A DNA stretch of 64,000 bases from NCBI GenBank assembly GCA_963675785.1, contig OY776562.1, forward strand, positions 128,001 to 192,000, read 5' to 3'. Shown in pieces: positions 31,353 to 40,130 of the stretch. Positions within the stretch are counted from its first letter, which is position 1. The number at the start of each line of letters is the position of its first letter. The notes under the pieces are model-generated. The model was given only the letters and a program-made list of their open reading frames with translations, did not search any database and had not been told where the DNA came from. Origin of the DNA: Anaerolineae bacterium (GTDB taxonomy: Bacteria; Chloroflexota; Anaerolineae; UBA1429). The position numbers were made by a program, and so were the translations under genes.

Positions 31353-32288
31353 ATGTATACCCCTGCCAGTTTGTATGCCCGTACGCAATGTACGCAGTTG
31401 AACCAGCCACCTCTTAGTGAGGTCATGTTGGAGAATATCGGTGTGGATAGCACAGCTTTGGGACGAAAAGGGCGATTGTACCTTTTGTGCGACCCGGATA
31501 GCAACCTTGGTATGCCGCTGGCTTTTGCACAGGCTTATTATGATTCACCGGTTTTCGATATTCTCCCCGCGCTTGAAGCATCGTATGTGGACGCATTTTG
31601 TGCCGCCGACGAGTATGGTGATGGGCGGATTCTGGCGGCGCTTGTTCTGCAGGGTTTGGATATTTATGTTCTGGCCGCAACGGATGCTGACGTCTATTTG
31701 TTGCGGGAGGGGACGGTCAGCCACCCCTTGCGTGAACTGCATACCCGCACTGAATCATTGGACGAGCTACCTGAAGACCAGTGTGAGATCAGATTGGTGC
31801 GTGCTCGTGCCATGATGGGCGAGCAGATTGTCATGGCTTCTCGGGGATTGACAGACAAGTTATTAAGCAGAGATGATCGCTCAGCGCGATTGCGTGGGGG
31901 CAACAATTCTCTGGCCCGGCGGATTGCCCAGCTCTCTAGTGTTGATGGCCGAGAAGGCCCGGTAACGGTGATTAGCCTACCGGCGATTACGCCGACGGCG
32001 GGTGTGGAACAATCAGATCATACGCCAGTGCCTACCAGGGCCCCTCAAGATATCAAACAATCTGGAGGCCGTCGTCGTTCTCCAGTGACACCTGTCATTG
32101 TCATTGCTCTTTTGATCATTGCCATCGTGCTCCTCGTCAAGAGGCCTTCAGTTTCTGAAGATCGCTGGCAACAGATTGTTGATTGGATGCTAACCCCAGC
32201 AGCGACAGAGACGCCGATCGGTGAAGGGACACCTACGTCTGAACCTACACCAACCATCGATTATGTGACACCGGCAGCACTGGACTAG
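31353..32288 (+). CDS. Membrane-anchored degenerate PP2C/PrpC-like protein
   Basis: KGRLYLLCD, AALVLQGLDIYVLAATDADVYLLREG, GEQIVMASRGLTD and GPVTVISL follow PP2C motif order; then linker, one TM helix and a Pro/Thr tail. Confidence 0.65.
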   Translation: MYTPASLYARTQCTQLNQPPLSEVMLENIGVDSTALGRKGRLYLLCDPDSNLGMPLAFAQAYYDSPVFDILPALEASYVDAFCAADEYGDGRILAALVLQGLDIYVLAATDADVYLLREGTVSHPLRELHTRTESLDELPEDQCEIRLVRARAMMGEQIVMASRGLTDKLLSRDDRSARLRGGNNSLARRIAQLSSVDGREGPVTVISLPAITPTAGVEQSDHTPVPTRAPQDIKQSGGRRRSPVTPVIVIALLIIAIVLLVKRPSVSEDRWQQIVDWMLTPAATETPIGEGTPTSEPTPTIDYVTPAALD

Positions 32289-32290
32289 GC

Positions 32291-33388
32291 TTAGACGTTA
32301 AAGCGAACGTGGATCACATCGCCGTCTTGGACGATATAGTCTCGCCCTTCGATTCGGAGGCTGCCGCTTTCGCGAACTTGTGCCATACTGCCTGCGGTTA
32401 CAAGCGTTTCGCAGGGCACAACCTCTGCTCGAATGAACCCTCTGGCCATATCGGTATGGATCTTTCCCGCCGCTTCGAGAATCGTGGTGCCGCGGATGAT
32501 GTTCCAGGCACGCACTTCTTTGCCACCCGTGGTAGTAAAAAAGGTGATATAGCTCAGCAGGCGGTACCCTGTGCTGATAAAGCGATTGAGCCCCATCTCA
32601 CTTACGCCATAAGCTTGGAGAAAACTTGAGGCTTCTTCTGCACCAAACTCGCTGATTTCGTTTTCCAGCGCGGCGCAAACGGCAACGGTTTCGGCTCCAC
32701 CCGCTTGGGCGTGCTTTTTAAGAGCTTCTGCCAAAGGCCCTCCCTCGGGCAGGTCGCTTTCACTTACGTTGGCTACATAGAAAAAGGGTTTATTGGTGAG
32801 CAAAGCCGCTTCTGCCAGATGTGTGTCTTGCGTATCGGATAGGGCGAGGGTTCGAAGCAAGGTTCCGCCTTTGAGCGTTTCAATAGCGAGGTCGATTGTT
32901 TCCAGTTGATCGACATAATCCCGCGGTTTACCTTTGGAACGAGTAAGCACGCTTTCGCGGAATCTCTCCAACACGTCAATGTCTGCCATTGCCAATTCGA
33001 GTTCTATGGTCTCGGCGTCTCCAACGGGGTCGAGCGTCTCAGTGACATGGGGGATGGTGTCATCGACAAAGCATCGCACTACCATGGCAATGGCATCGAC
33101 AGTGCGAATGTGAGAGAGAAACTGGTTGCCCAGGCCCTCACCTTTGCTGGCGCCGCGAACCAGGCCGGCGATATCCACAACTTCCAACGTGGTAGGTACA
33201 GTCTTTTCAGGCTGAATGAGCGCCTGAAGCTGCTCCAGACGTTTATCGGGCACGGGGACGATGCCGATATTAGGATCGATGGTGGTAAAAGGGTAGCTGG
33301 CCACGTCTGCGCCTGCGTGAGTGAGGGCGTTGAACAGGGTGGATTTGCCCACATTAGGCAACCCCACCAATCCGAGTTGAAGCGGCAT
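32291..33388 (-). CDS. ychF: Ribosome-binding ATPase YchF
   Basis: GLPNVGKSTLFNA, YPFTTIDPN, DIAGLV.GASKGEGLGN, AAGKIHTD, DGDVIHVRFNV. Confidence 0.97.
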   Translation of the reverse strand: MPLQLGLVGLPNVGKSTLFNALTHAGADVASYPFTTIDPNIGIVPVPDKRLEQLQALIQPEKTVPTTLEVVDIAGLVRGASKGEGLGNQFLSHIRTVDAIAMVVRCFVDDTIPHVTETLDPVGDAETIELELAMADIDVLERFRESVLTRSKGKPRDYVDQLETIDLAIETLKGGTLLRTLALSDTQDTHLAEAALLTNKPFFYVANVSESDLPEGGPLAEALKKHAQAGGAETVAVCAALENEISEFGAEEASSFLQAYGVSEMGLNRFISTGYRLLSYITFFTTTGGKEVRAWNIIRGTTILEAAGKIHTDMARGFIRAEVVPCETLVTAGSMAQVRESGSLRIEGRDYIVQDGDVIHVRFNV

Positions 33389-33392
33389 AATC

Positions 33393-35267
33393 TTACTCCT
33401 CCGAGCCGGCAGTACCTACAAGGTAGCGAGCAGCCCATGGCTCATAGTACGATAAGAGCTCTTCTTCACTGACCAGTGCGCCGTCAACATAGATTCTGCG
33501 GATGATGCTGGTGTCGATGCCCTCGTGAGCATATTCTTGTTGTATCGTGGTGCCAACAGGCAGACTGGGATCGTCGGTATAAATGGGATCTGGCGCAGCA
33601 ACGCGGTTGCTCGTTTGAGGGCTGCTTACCTCGACAACGCGGCCCGTGGGTGCACTGTAGAACTGGAAATAGAGCTTGCTCGCGTTTTCATCGACGATGG
33701 TTTGCACCAAAATAGGGTTATCTGTGTCGTTTGTGAAAACCATATTCGTCGTCGGTGAAAAGACAGCAGCATCCAATCCAACGGGCGGTTCATACCAGCT
33801 GACGCGGTACGAGTGGGCATGTCGCTCCACAATGGGATAGCCTCCGTAATAAGCTGCACGGAAACAGGTTGTACTGACCTGACAAACACCACCGCCGGGG
33901 CCGAGGACAGTTCTATCGCCATAGATGATCCAAGATTCACTGTAGCCGGTTGCCACCGTCACATCCCCCAATCTGTCGAGGAATGAAAATGTGGACTGGG
34001 CGGGGATGGTGATCCCGTCAAAGCATGCCGAAGCTACCTTGATGTTTTGAAGACGTTCTGCACTAGAGCCGGAAAAACTCGTTTCCCCCTGACTGATAAG
34101 TGTAAGAGGCATGATGGCATCAAGGTCCTCTCGAGTAACCAGCGGTGCTACCATGCGGATGACAAGATGCACATCTGCCGCTCCCATCAGACAGGCTTTC
34201 TCAATGGCCTTGACTGATGCATCTACATCGACTCCATAGCCAATCTGGCCGGGCAGCAAAACCTGCAGAACTTGGCTTGCCGAATCATAGTGAAACTGAC
34301 CTTCTCGCGAGGGCTGATCAATGTCTTTAGCAATATTCACTACCCATTCTCGGATGGATTCGCTATCTAGACCTACATGCAGGGTAGTTGTATCATCTTC
34401 TTGTGCTGCGTCGAGCTCTGTCCATGCAACCAGCGTGGCGCGGTCGATGAGCCAGGTTTTGGTGATAGGCACGGTATAACCTTGCTCGTTGAGAGAATCT
34501 AGCACGGCGCATACGCGGAGCGGTTCCTGAAACATGGTTTCCAGTTGGGCAAGGGCGGCATCAGTATTGGTGCCGGGCTGGACGATGCTCTCAAAGGCAA
34601 TGGGCACGGCCACGGGGGTAGATATATCCGTATAGGACGTTGTCCCTTTACCCCAGGATGATGAACCCAGCCAGGTTTGCATGGCAGTGGTGATGTTTTG
34701 GCAAGTTTGGGCCACATCCAGATCACTGCCACCTGTAACATCTGTTGCTCCGGTTTGTAGACCATTTACCCAGGTTACCGAACGCAGAGTAGAGACGCTG
34801 GCTGTTATGGCAATGTTATCCAGAACTGTCCTGGCTTGGGCAGTTTGCAAGCTGTATGTCGGCTCAATGTTATAGCCTTGGATGAGTAACCGTATCCTGG
34901 TCTGCATATCATCGCGATAGGTGCCTGAATGCCCCGTTTGCCAAGCCTCAGCAACGGCTTGATCGAGATCAAGCACGCCTCCCAAACTGCTGTTGGAGAT
35001 GGTCCACTGGTTTGTCTCAGAATAGAGCAGCACTAAACCTGGGGCAGATGCACCGAGTTCTTGTTCCAGCAGGACGGTGGCTTGTTGTGGGGTAAGGCCC
35101 CCAAGGGCAATTCCGTGTACATTGACACCAAAACATATGCGCGTGGCACAATAATCCTGATATAGTACAGACAGTGTTCCGGTGGCGAGCATAATGAGCA
35201 GCAGGAACACGAGCGGTATGGCGATCAGGCGCGATAAAAAGACTCTGGCACGACTTGTTTTGGTCAT
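33393..35267 (-). CDS. VanW-family protein with N-terminal anchor and putative peptidoglycan-binding repeats
   Basis: R..NI, GGGVCQVSTT.FRAA, ERHAHS, GLDAAV; N-terminal TM helix; G5-like C-terminus. Confidence 0.88.
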   Translation of the reverse strand: MTKTSRARVFLSRLIAIPLVFLLLIMLATGTLSVLYQDYCATRICFGVNVHGIALGGLTPQQATVLLEQELGASAPGLVLLYSETNQWTISNSSLGGVLDLDQAVAEAWQTGHSGTYRDDMQTRIRLLIQGYNIEPTYSLQTAQARTVLDNIAITASVSTLRSVTWVNGLQTGATDVTGGSDLDVAQTCQNITTAMQTWLGSSSWGKGTTSYTDISTPVAVPIAFESIVQPGTNTDAALAQLETMFQEPLRVCAVLDSLNEQGYTVPITKTWLIDRATLVAWTELDAAQEDDTTTLHVGLDSESIREWVVNIAKDIDQPSREGQFHYDSASQVLQVLLPGQIGYGVDVDASVKAIEKACLMGAADVHLVIRMVAPLVTREDLDAIMPLTLISQGETSFSGSSAERLQNIKVASACFDGITIPAQSTFSFLDRLGDVTVATGYSESWIIYGDRTVLGPGGGVCQVSTTCFRAAYYGGYPIVERHAHSYRVSWYEPPVGLDAAVFSPTTNMVFTNDTDNPILVQTIVDENASKLYFQFYSAPTGRVVEVSSPQTSNRVAAPDPIYTDDPSLPVGTTIQQEYAHEGIDTSIIRRIYVDGALVSEEELLSYYEPWAARYLVGTAGSEE

Positions 35268-35429
35268 TCCAACTCCCGCATTCAAAGTAGGGAGAGTATA
35301 CCCCATTCCGGTTCGGCTGGCAGAGAGTATTTGCCTTGCAGAGCCACTCTACCTAAGCTAGATTGCACTAGGAACAAGCAGATGTGCAGGAACGTTTCAG
35401 TTACATCATAACGTGGAGCAGTTTGGAAT

Positions 35430-37232
35430 ATGGTACGCAAGGCAATTATAGCCGTTGTTTCATTGGCACTACTCACAATTGGTATAGGCATCATTGTTTA
35501 TGTCAGCGTGGCTCAGGACAGATTATCCTCTGATCTGACGCCAACCACAAGTAGACTGGCCACGCTGACCCCTGTTTTACAGGCAACATCGGTTCATGAT
35601 GAGACGCTTGTGCAAGGTGTTGTAACAGCGTATGAACCGGGCGGAATTATTATTGTCATTCAACCCACTCAGGGCCAGGTTGACCAGATCATCGTTACCG
35701 ATGAGGCATCTGTATACCTTTCTGATGGTTCTTTTTCTTCCAAGATGCAGGTCAGCGTTGGACAGGACATTGAGGCTTCTGGAACACTGGATGCCTTGGG
35801 GCGTTTGCTGGCCGAAAGAGTCACTATTTTGAGTGATGCTGTAGTGCCCACGCCAGTTATTGCGCCAACCAGTGAGTCTGATGCAGAGCCTGATGATGCC
35901 TGGCAATCCGAGTTTTATAATGGACAAGAGATTAGCGGTACTCCCGTACTGACACGCGAGGATGAAAGCATTAGCTTTGATTGGGAACTGGGCAGCCCCG
36001 CCGTTTCTGTGTCGGCAGATGACTTTGCTGCTCGTTTTGTTCGGCGAATGGATCTGGTGGAAGGGCATTACAGCTTTTATGCCCAGGCCGATGATGGCGT
36101 TCGTTTGTATGTAGATGATATTCTGGTGATCGATGCCTGGGATGAGCCATCGGGCATCGTCCAAGCGGATGTTCTTTTGAATGAGGCAATCCATACCTTA
36201 CGCGTTGAATATCGCGAGGATGAGGGCGAGGCATTTTTGAACCTCTGGTGGGTGAACCGCACGCTGTATCCCGAATGGCAGGGTGCCTACTATGATAATA
36301 CCGACCTCTCCGGCACGCCGGTGTTGGTGCGCAATGATTCATCGTTGGCTTTTGACTGGGGGAACAATTCCCCTGACTCTACAGTGCCAGCCGATAACTT
36401 TGGTGTGCGTTGGCAGCGCACCTTATCTCTTCCTGCTGGCGCCTACAAGTTCTCTGTTACTGCAGATGACGGCGTATCTATCTGGGTGGATGGCTTGCGT
36501 ATCATTGATGTTTGGCCGCACGGCAGTGGGCAAGTGACCTATGGCTACATCTGGCTTTCAGAAGGCCCACATGCTATACGCGTCGAATACTATGAACAAG
36601 AGGGCAGTGCCAATGTGCACTTGGGCTGGACTCGCTTGGAGTCGTTCTCTGGCTGGAAGGGCGAGTACTATAACAATGCGGATTTGTCGGGTGATCCAGC
36701 TTTTGTGCGTGATGATGCGGTCATCGATTTCTCTTGGGAGGATCGTTCTCCTGGTATAGGACTCGCTTCGGATAATTTTTCTGCCCGATGGACAAGGGCC
36801 GTATACTTGCCAGAAGGAGAGTACATCTTTTATGTCACGGTAGACGATGGTGTTCGGCTTTATGTGGATGGTACATTGCTCATCGACGAGTGGCGCGATT
36901 CCGAGGTCGCTTTTTACTATGACGATATTGCTCTGGATGAGGGAGAGCACACAATCGTGGTCGAGTATTATGAGCGAGGCCAAGATGCGACAATTGCAGT
37001 AACCTGGGAAAGGGCGCTTACGCCCACTCCTAGCCCGACCATGACAGCTACGGCGACTGTTACACCAACATCGACGGCTACGCCGACGCCGACCGCAACC
37101 ATGACACCTTCACCGACAGCAACGGTTGTTTCGCCGACGCCTACTGCTACAGGTGTGCCTATTACACCATCACCAACTTCTACCAAGCCGGGCGATACAA
37201 CGCCGCCTATTGAAACGATTGTAGCCCCCTGA
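35430..37232 (+). CDS. Surface protein with three PA14 domains and a Pro/Thr-rich tail
   Basis: N-terminal TM helix; three repeats of W..EYY.N..LSG.P...R.D..I.F.W....P....DNF..RW...DDGV.L.VDG...ID.W; C-terminal TPTPSPT repeats. Confidence 0.88.
   Translation: MVRKAIIAVVSLALLTIGIGIIVYVSVAQDRLSSDLTPTTSRLATLTPVLQATSVHDETLVQGVVTAYEPGGIIIVIQPTQGQVDQIIVTDEASVYLSDGSFSSKMQVSVGQDIEASGTLDALGRLLAERVTILSDAVVPTPVIAPTSESDAEPDDAWQSEFYNGQEISGTPVLTREDESISFDWELGSPAVSVSADDFAARFVRRMDLVEGHYSFYAQADDGVRLYVDDILVIDAWDEPSGIVQADVLLNEAIHTLRVEYREDEGEAFLNLWWVNRTLYPEWQGAYYDNTDLSGTPVLVRNDSSLAFDWGNNSPDSTVPADNFGVRWQRTLSLPAGAYKFSVTADDGVSIWVDGLRIIDVWPHGSGQVTYGYIWLSEGPHAIRVEYYEQEGSANVHLGWTRLESFSGWKGEYYNNADLSGDPAFVRDDAVIDFSWEDRSPGIGLASDNFSARWTRAVYLPEGEYIFYVTVDDGVRLYVDGTLLIDEWRDSEVAFYYDDIALDEGEHTIVVEYYERGQDATIAVTWERALTPTPSPTMTATATVTPTSTATPTPTATMTPSPTATVVSPTPTATGVPITPSPTSTKPGDTTPPIETIVAP
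37021..37208 (+). repeat. Low-complexity Pro/Thr coding repeat
   Basis: Encodes TPTPSPTMTATATVTPTSTATPTPTATMTPSPTAT... Confidence 0.7.
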
Positions 37233-37250
37233 CACACAAGCAGGGTGCCC

Positions 37251-37308
37251 GACAGAACTGCGGAGGATGAGAGTGCGTTTATCGCCGTCATTTTCCGCAG
37301 TTGCTGTT
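37251..37308 (+). other. Long hairpin downstream of the PA14 gene
   Basis: AACTGCGGAGGATGA pairs with TCATTTTCCGCAGTT (two G-U pairs); no U-tract. Confidence 0.5.
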
Positions 37309-37419
37309 ATACGACAATACTGCATCGCCGAACGAGCTCTGCTTCTGTGCCTGTTTTCTTGAAGGCCTTATCCCTTGGTGTTATACTTGGCAGTGGTATA
37401 GTATTCTAGGATAGACCTT

Positions 37420-39234
37420 GTGAAGAATGCTCGACGTTCTCGCGGCATTGCCGCCCGCAACCTGAGATCACAGCTTATTGTTACGACGATTACCCCTGTC
37501 GTTGTCTTGCTTCTAGTATTTATTATTGTAGGTGCTATAGGGCTTAGCTATATTGCTCAGACACTTATTCAGGATCGGGATGCCGAGGTGGCGGAGCTTT
37601 CTGCCGTCGAGGTGGCCAACCAGTGGGCTGATTCGGTGCTTCTCTTATCGCAGATTGCCTCGGAAGCGGATATCATCGAGGGGGACCTGCTTCAGGCAGA
37701 AGGCCTGCTGGATTCTCATCTGGCATTGCACCAACGCTTTGATGCCCTGGCTGTGACGGATAGCGATGGCAAAGTCATCGTAACGTATGAGGGTATTCTG
37801 GGGGAGAATATAGGCAGTTTCGATTTCTTTAACAGAGCACGCACCTATCGCCGCCCAGTTCGCTCCGAAATCTATGTCAATAGTTTGGGCGAGCGTACTA
37901 TTAGCGTAGCTGTGCCTTATTTCGATACCAATGGAAGATTTGGTGGTTGCGTGCTTGGTAACTGGTTACTATCGGGCAGCACCCTGTATAATTCCATATC
38001 CCATATTCAGGTAGGTGAAAGTGGCTATGCTTTTCTTGTGGACCAGTATGGCATCATCCTAGCCTACCCCGATAGTGAGTTCGTAGCGGCGCAGTGGACC
38101 GAGAATCCGGCTGTTCAGGATGTTATGCGGGGCAATTCCGGCGCTCAGATAGTGATATGGCGTGGCTTTACAACGATTATGGGGTACGCGCCTATCTCTA
38201 GCCAGGAACTGTCCAACTCGTTGGTCTCTGACGAGAGTTGGGATGGATGGGGGCTTCTGACGATTCAAAAGTGGGAGGATATCATTCGCCCATTCCGCCC
38301 CTATCTTTTGGCAATGATCATTTCATTGGGTCTGGCGGTTATCGTGCCTCTCTTGTTTTTGGCGCTCAACAGCCGTTGGATTGTCCAGCCGCTCCAGTCC
38401 CTCGTTACTCAGGCCGAGCGTGTTGCTTCCGGAGATCTCAGTACGGATATTTCTATAGATGCTGGCCCGCTTGAAGTTCGCGAACTGGAAGAAGCTTTTT
38501 CTGTCATGGTAGGGCAGATACGCAAGTATCGCCGGGATAACCAGAGTTACATCGTTTCTATCCTGAACAGCCAGGAAGAAGAACGCAAAAGAATTGCACG
38601 TGAACTGCACGATGACACGGCTCAGGCATTAACAGTTCTGGCCCGCCGCATCGAATTGCTGGGCGATATTGAGGATCGTGATGAGCTAGAGCATGAAATA
38701 GGTTATCTTCGCGATTATGTGGACATTACGCTCCAAAACGTGCGGAATTTTGCCCGAGATCTTCGTCCCCCCTTGCTTTCAGAGCTTGGCCTACCGCGCA
38801 CACTGGAGCTGTTGGGGGCGCGCGTTGAGCGAGAGGATGGCATCGAGGTGCGTGTGGATGTCCAGGGAGAGTTCTTTCCGTTGTTGCCACAGGTAGAATT
38901 GGGTCTCTATCGCTTGGCGCAAGAGAGCCTTTCTAATGTGAGGCGGCATGCTAATGCTCAAAAGGCCTCGGTAACGCTTACATATCGCGATGACTTTGTT
39001 ACATTACAGATTATGGATGATGGCGTGGGTTTTGACGCGCCACGTGATCCTTCTGAATTGGTTGCATCGGGCAAGTTGGGCCTGGCAGGGTTATATGAGC
39101 GCACCCGCCTTTTCGGGGGCAAAGCGATCATCGATTCGAAAAAGAATCGTGGAACAGTAGTAAGTATTGCTATCCCTGTTACGCCAATCATTCTTCCAAT
39201 CAAGGCGGAGAACAGCCAAGAGGACAGCAATTAA
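37420..39234 (+). CDS. Sensor histidine kinase (Cache - HAMP - HisKA_3 - HATPase)
   Basis: Two TM helices around a Cache-like domain (GYAFLVD..G.ILAYP); QEEERKRIARELHDD; QESLSNVRRHA; DDGVGF; GLAG. Confidence 0.93.
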   Translation: MKNARRSRGIAARNLRSQLIVTTITPVVVLLLVFIIVGAIGLSYIAQTLIQDRDAEVAELSAVEVANQWADSVLLLSQIASEADIIEGDLLQAEGLLDSHLALHQRFDALAVTDSDGKVIVTYEGILGENIGSFDFFNRARTYRRPVRSEIYVNSLGERTISVAVPYFDTNGRFGGCVLGNWLLSGSTLYNSISHIQVGESGYAFLVDQYGIILAYPDSEFVAAQWTENPAVQDVMRGNSGAQIVIWRGFTTIMGYAPISSQELSNSLVSDESWDGWGLLTIQKWEDIIRPFRPYLLAMIISLGLAVIVPLLFLALNSRWIVQPLQSLVTQAERVASGDLSTDISIDAGPLEVRELEEAFSVMVGQIRKYRRDNQSYIVSILNSQEEERKRIARELHDDTAQALTVLARRIELLGDIEDRDELEHEIGYLRDYVDITLQNVRNFARDLRPPLLSELGLPRTLELLGARVEREDGIEVRVDVQGEFFPLLPQVELGLYRLAQESLSNVRRHANAQKASVTLTYRDDFVTLQIMDDGVGFDAPRDPSELVASGKLGLAGLYERTRLFGGKAIIDSKKNRGTVVSIAIPVTPIILPIKAENSQEDSN

Positions 39235-39378
39235 GCCTAAATGCCTATGTTCATCCGTGAAGATAGCGGATGTACGGCAAGTGGATTCGCGGTATCTTGG
39301 AGGGGCCTCGTACAGGGTTTTGCGGGGCAAATTCAGCAGTTTGCTGATGACGGGAAAAAGTTTCTTCTCCTCCTTGGT

Positions 39379-39430
39379 GAACGAGTCCCTAGTCGTAGTG
39401 GGCAACGACAAGAGGGACTCGTTCGTTTTT
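39379..39430 (+). terminator. Terminator-like hairpin between the kinase and response regulator genes
   Basis: GAACGAGTCCCT...AGGGACTCGTTC (12 bp) with inner GTCGT/ACGAC, followed by GTTTTT. Confidence 0.55.
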
Positions 39431-39449
39431 GCGAGGGATAGGGGGCAAC

Positions 39450-40124
39450 ATGGCAGAAGAAAGCCAGATCAAGGTATTGCTTGCGGATGATCATATTATG
39501 GTGCGCGAGGGAACCAGGCGCATTCTCGACCGCGAGCCAGATATAACGGTTGTCGCTGAGGCTGGTGATGGGCGTGAAGCTCTCGAAATGGCCCGCCTTG
39601 AACATCCTGATGTCGCTATCATTGATATCAGTATGCCAGTGATGAATGGGATTGAGGCAACGCGTGCTATCAAGGAAGAATTGCCTCAAATAGCTATCCT
39701 CATTCTGACGGCTTATGATGATGATGAGTATGTTTTTGCGATTTTGGAGGCTGGTGCGGCTGGGTACTTGCTCAAGAACGCAAGAAGTAGCGAACTCATC
39801 AATGCAGTTCGTGAGGTCAAAGCAGGCGAATCGGTGCTGCATCCTTCAGTGGCATCCAAAGTTTTGCGGCGCATAACCGGCCGGGGCGAGCCCGAGCGTC
39901 AGCAACAGGACATTTTGACGGATCGTGAACTGGATGTGCTGCGGCTTGCAGGGCGGGGGTTATCTAACCGGCAGATTGCTGCCGAGTTGGTTCTCAGCCC
40001 GAGAACTGTGCAAGCTCACATGGCTAATATCTTTGGCAAGCTCAATGTGGGGTCGCGTACCGAGGCCGTAACAGTAGCACTACGTAAGGGAATGATTTCG
40101 CTTGAGGATTTGCCCAATCTCTAG
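39450..40124 (+). CDS. NarL/LuxR-family response regulator
   Basis: LADDH, IIDISMP.MNG, ILTAY, GYLLK; HTH LTDRE..VL...G.SN.QIA..L..S.RTV..H. Confidence 0.95.
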   Translation: MAEESQIKVLLADDHIMVREGTRRILDREPDITVVAEAGDGREALEMARLEHPDVAIIDISMPVMNGIEATRAIKEELPQIAILILTAYDDDEYVFAILEAGAAGYLLKNARSSELINAVREVKAGESVLHPSVASKVLRRITGRGEPERQQQDILTDRELDVLRLAGRGLSNRQIAAELVLSPRTVQAHMANIFGKLNVGSRTEAVTVALRKGMISLEDLPNL

Positions 40125-40130
40125 GCTTTA

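Noticed and set aside
35890-37010. Three long imperfect repeats as a DNA repeat array
   Set aside because: They are tandem PA14 protein domains with diverged codons.
39324-39360. c-di-GMP-I (GEMM) riboswitch
   Set aside because: Only a GGCAAA-stem-GACG fragment matches; GNRA loop, CAAAG and the P3 receptor stem are absent. Kept only as a generic structured spacer.
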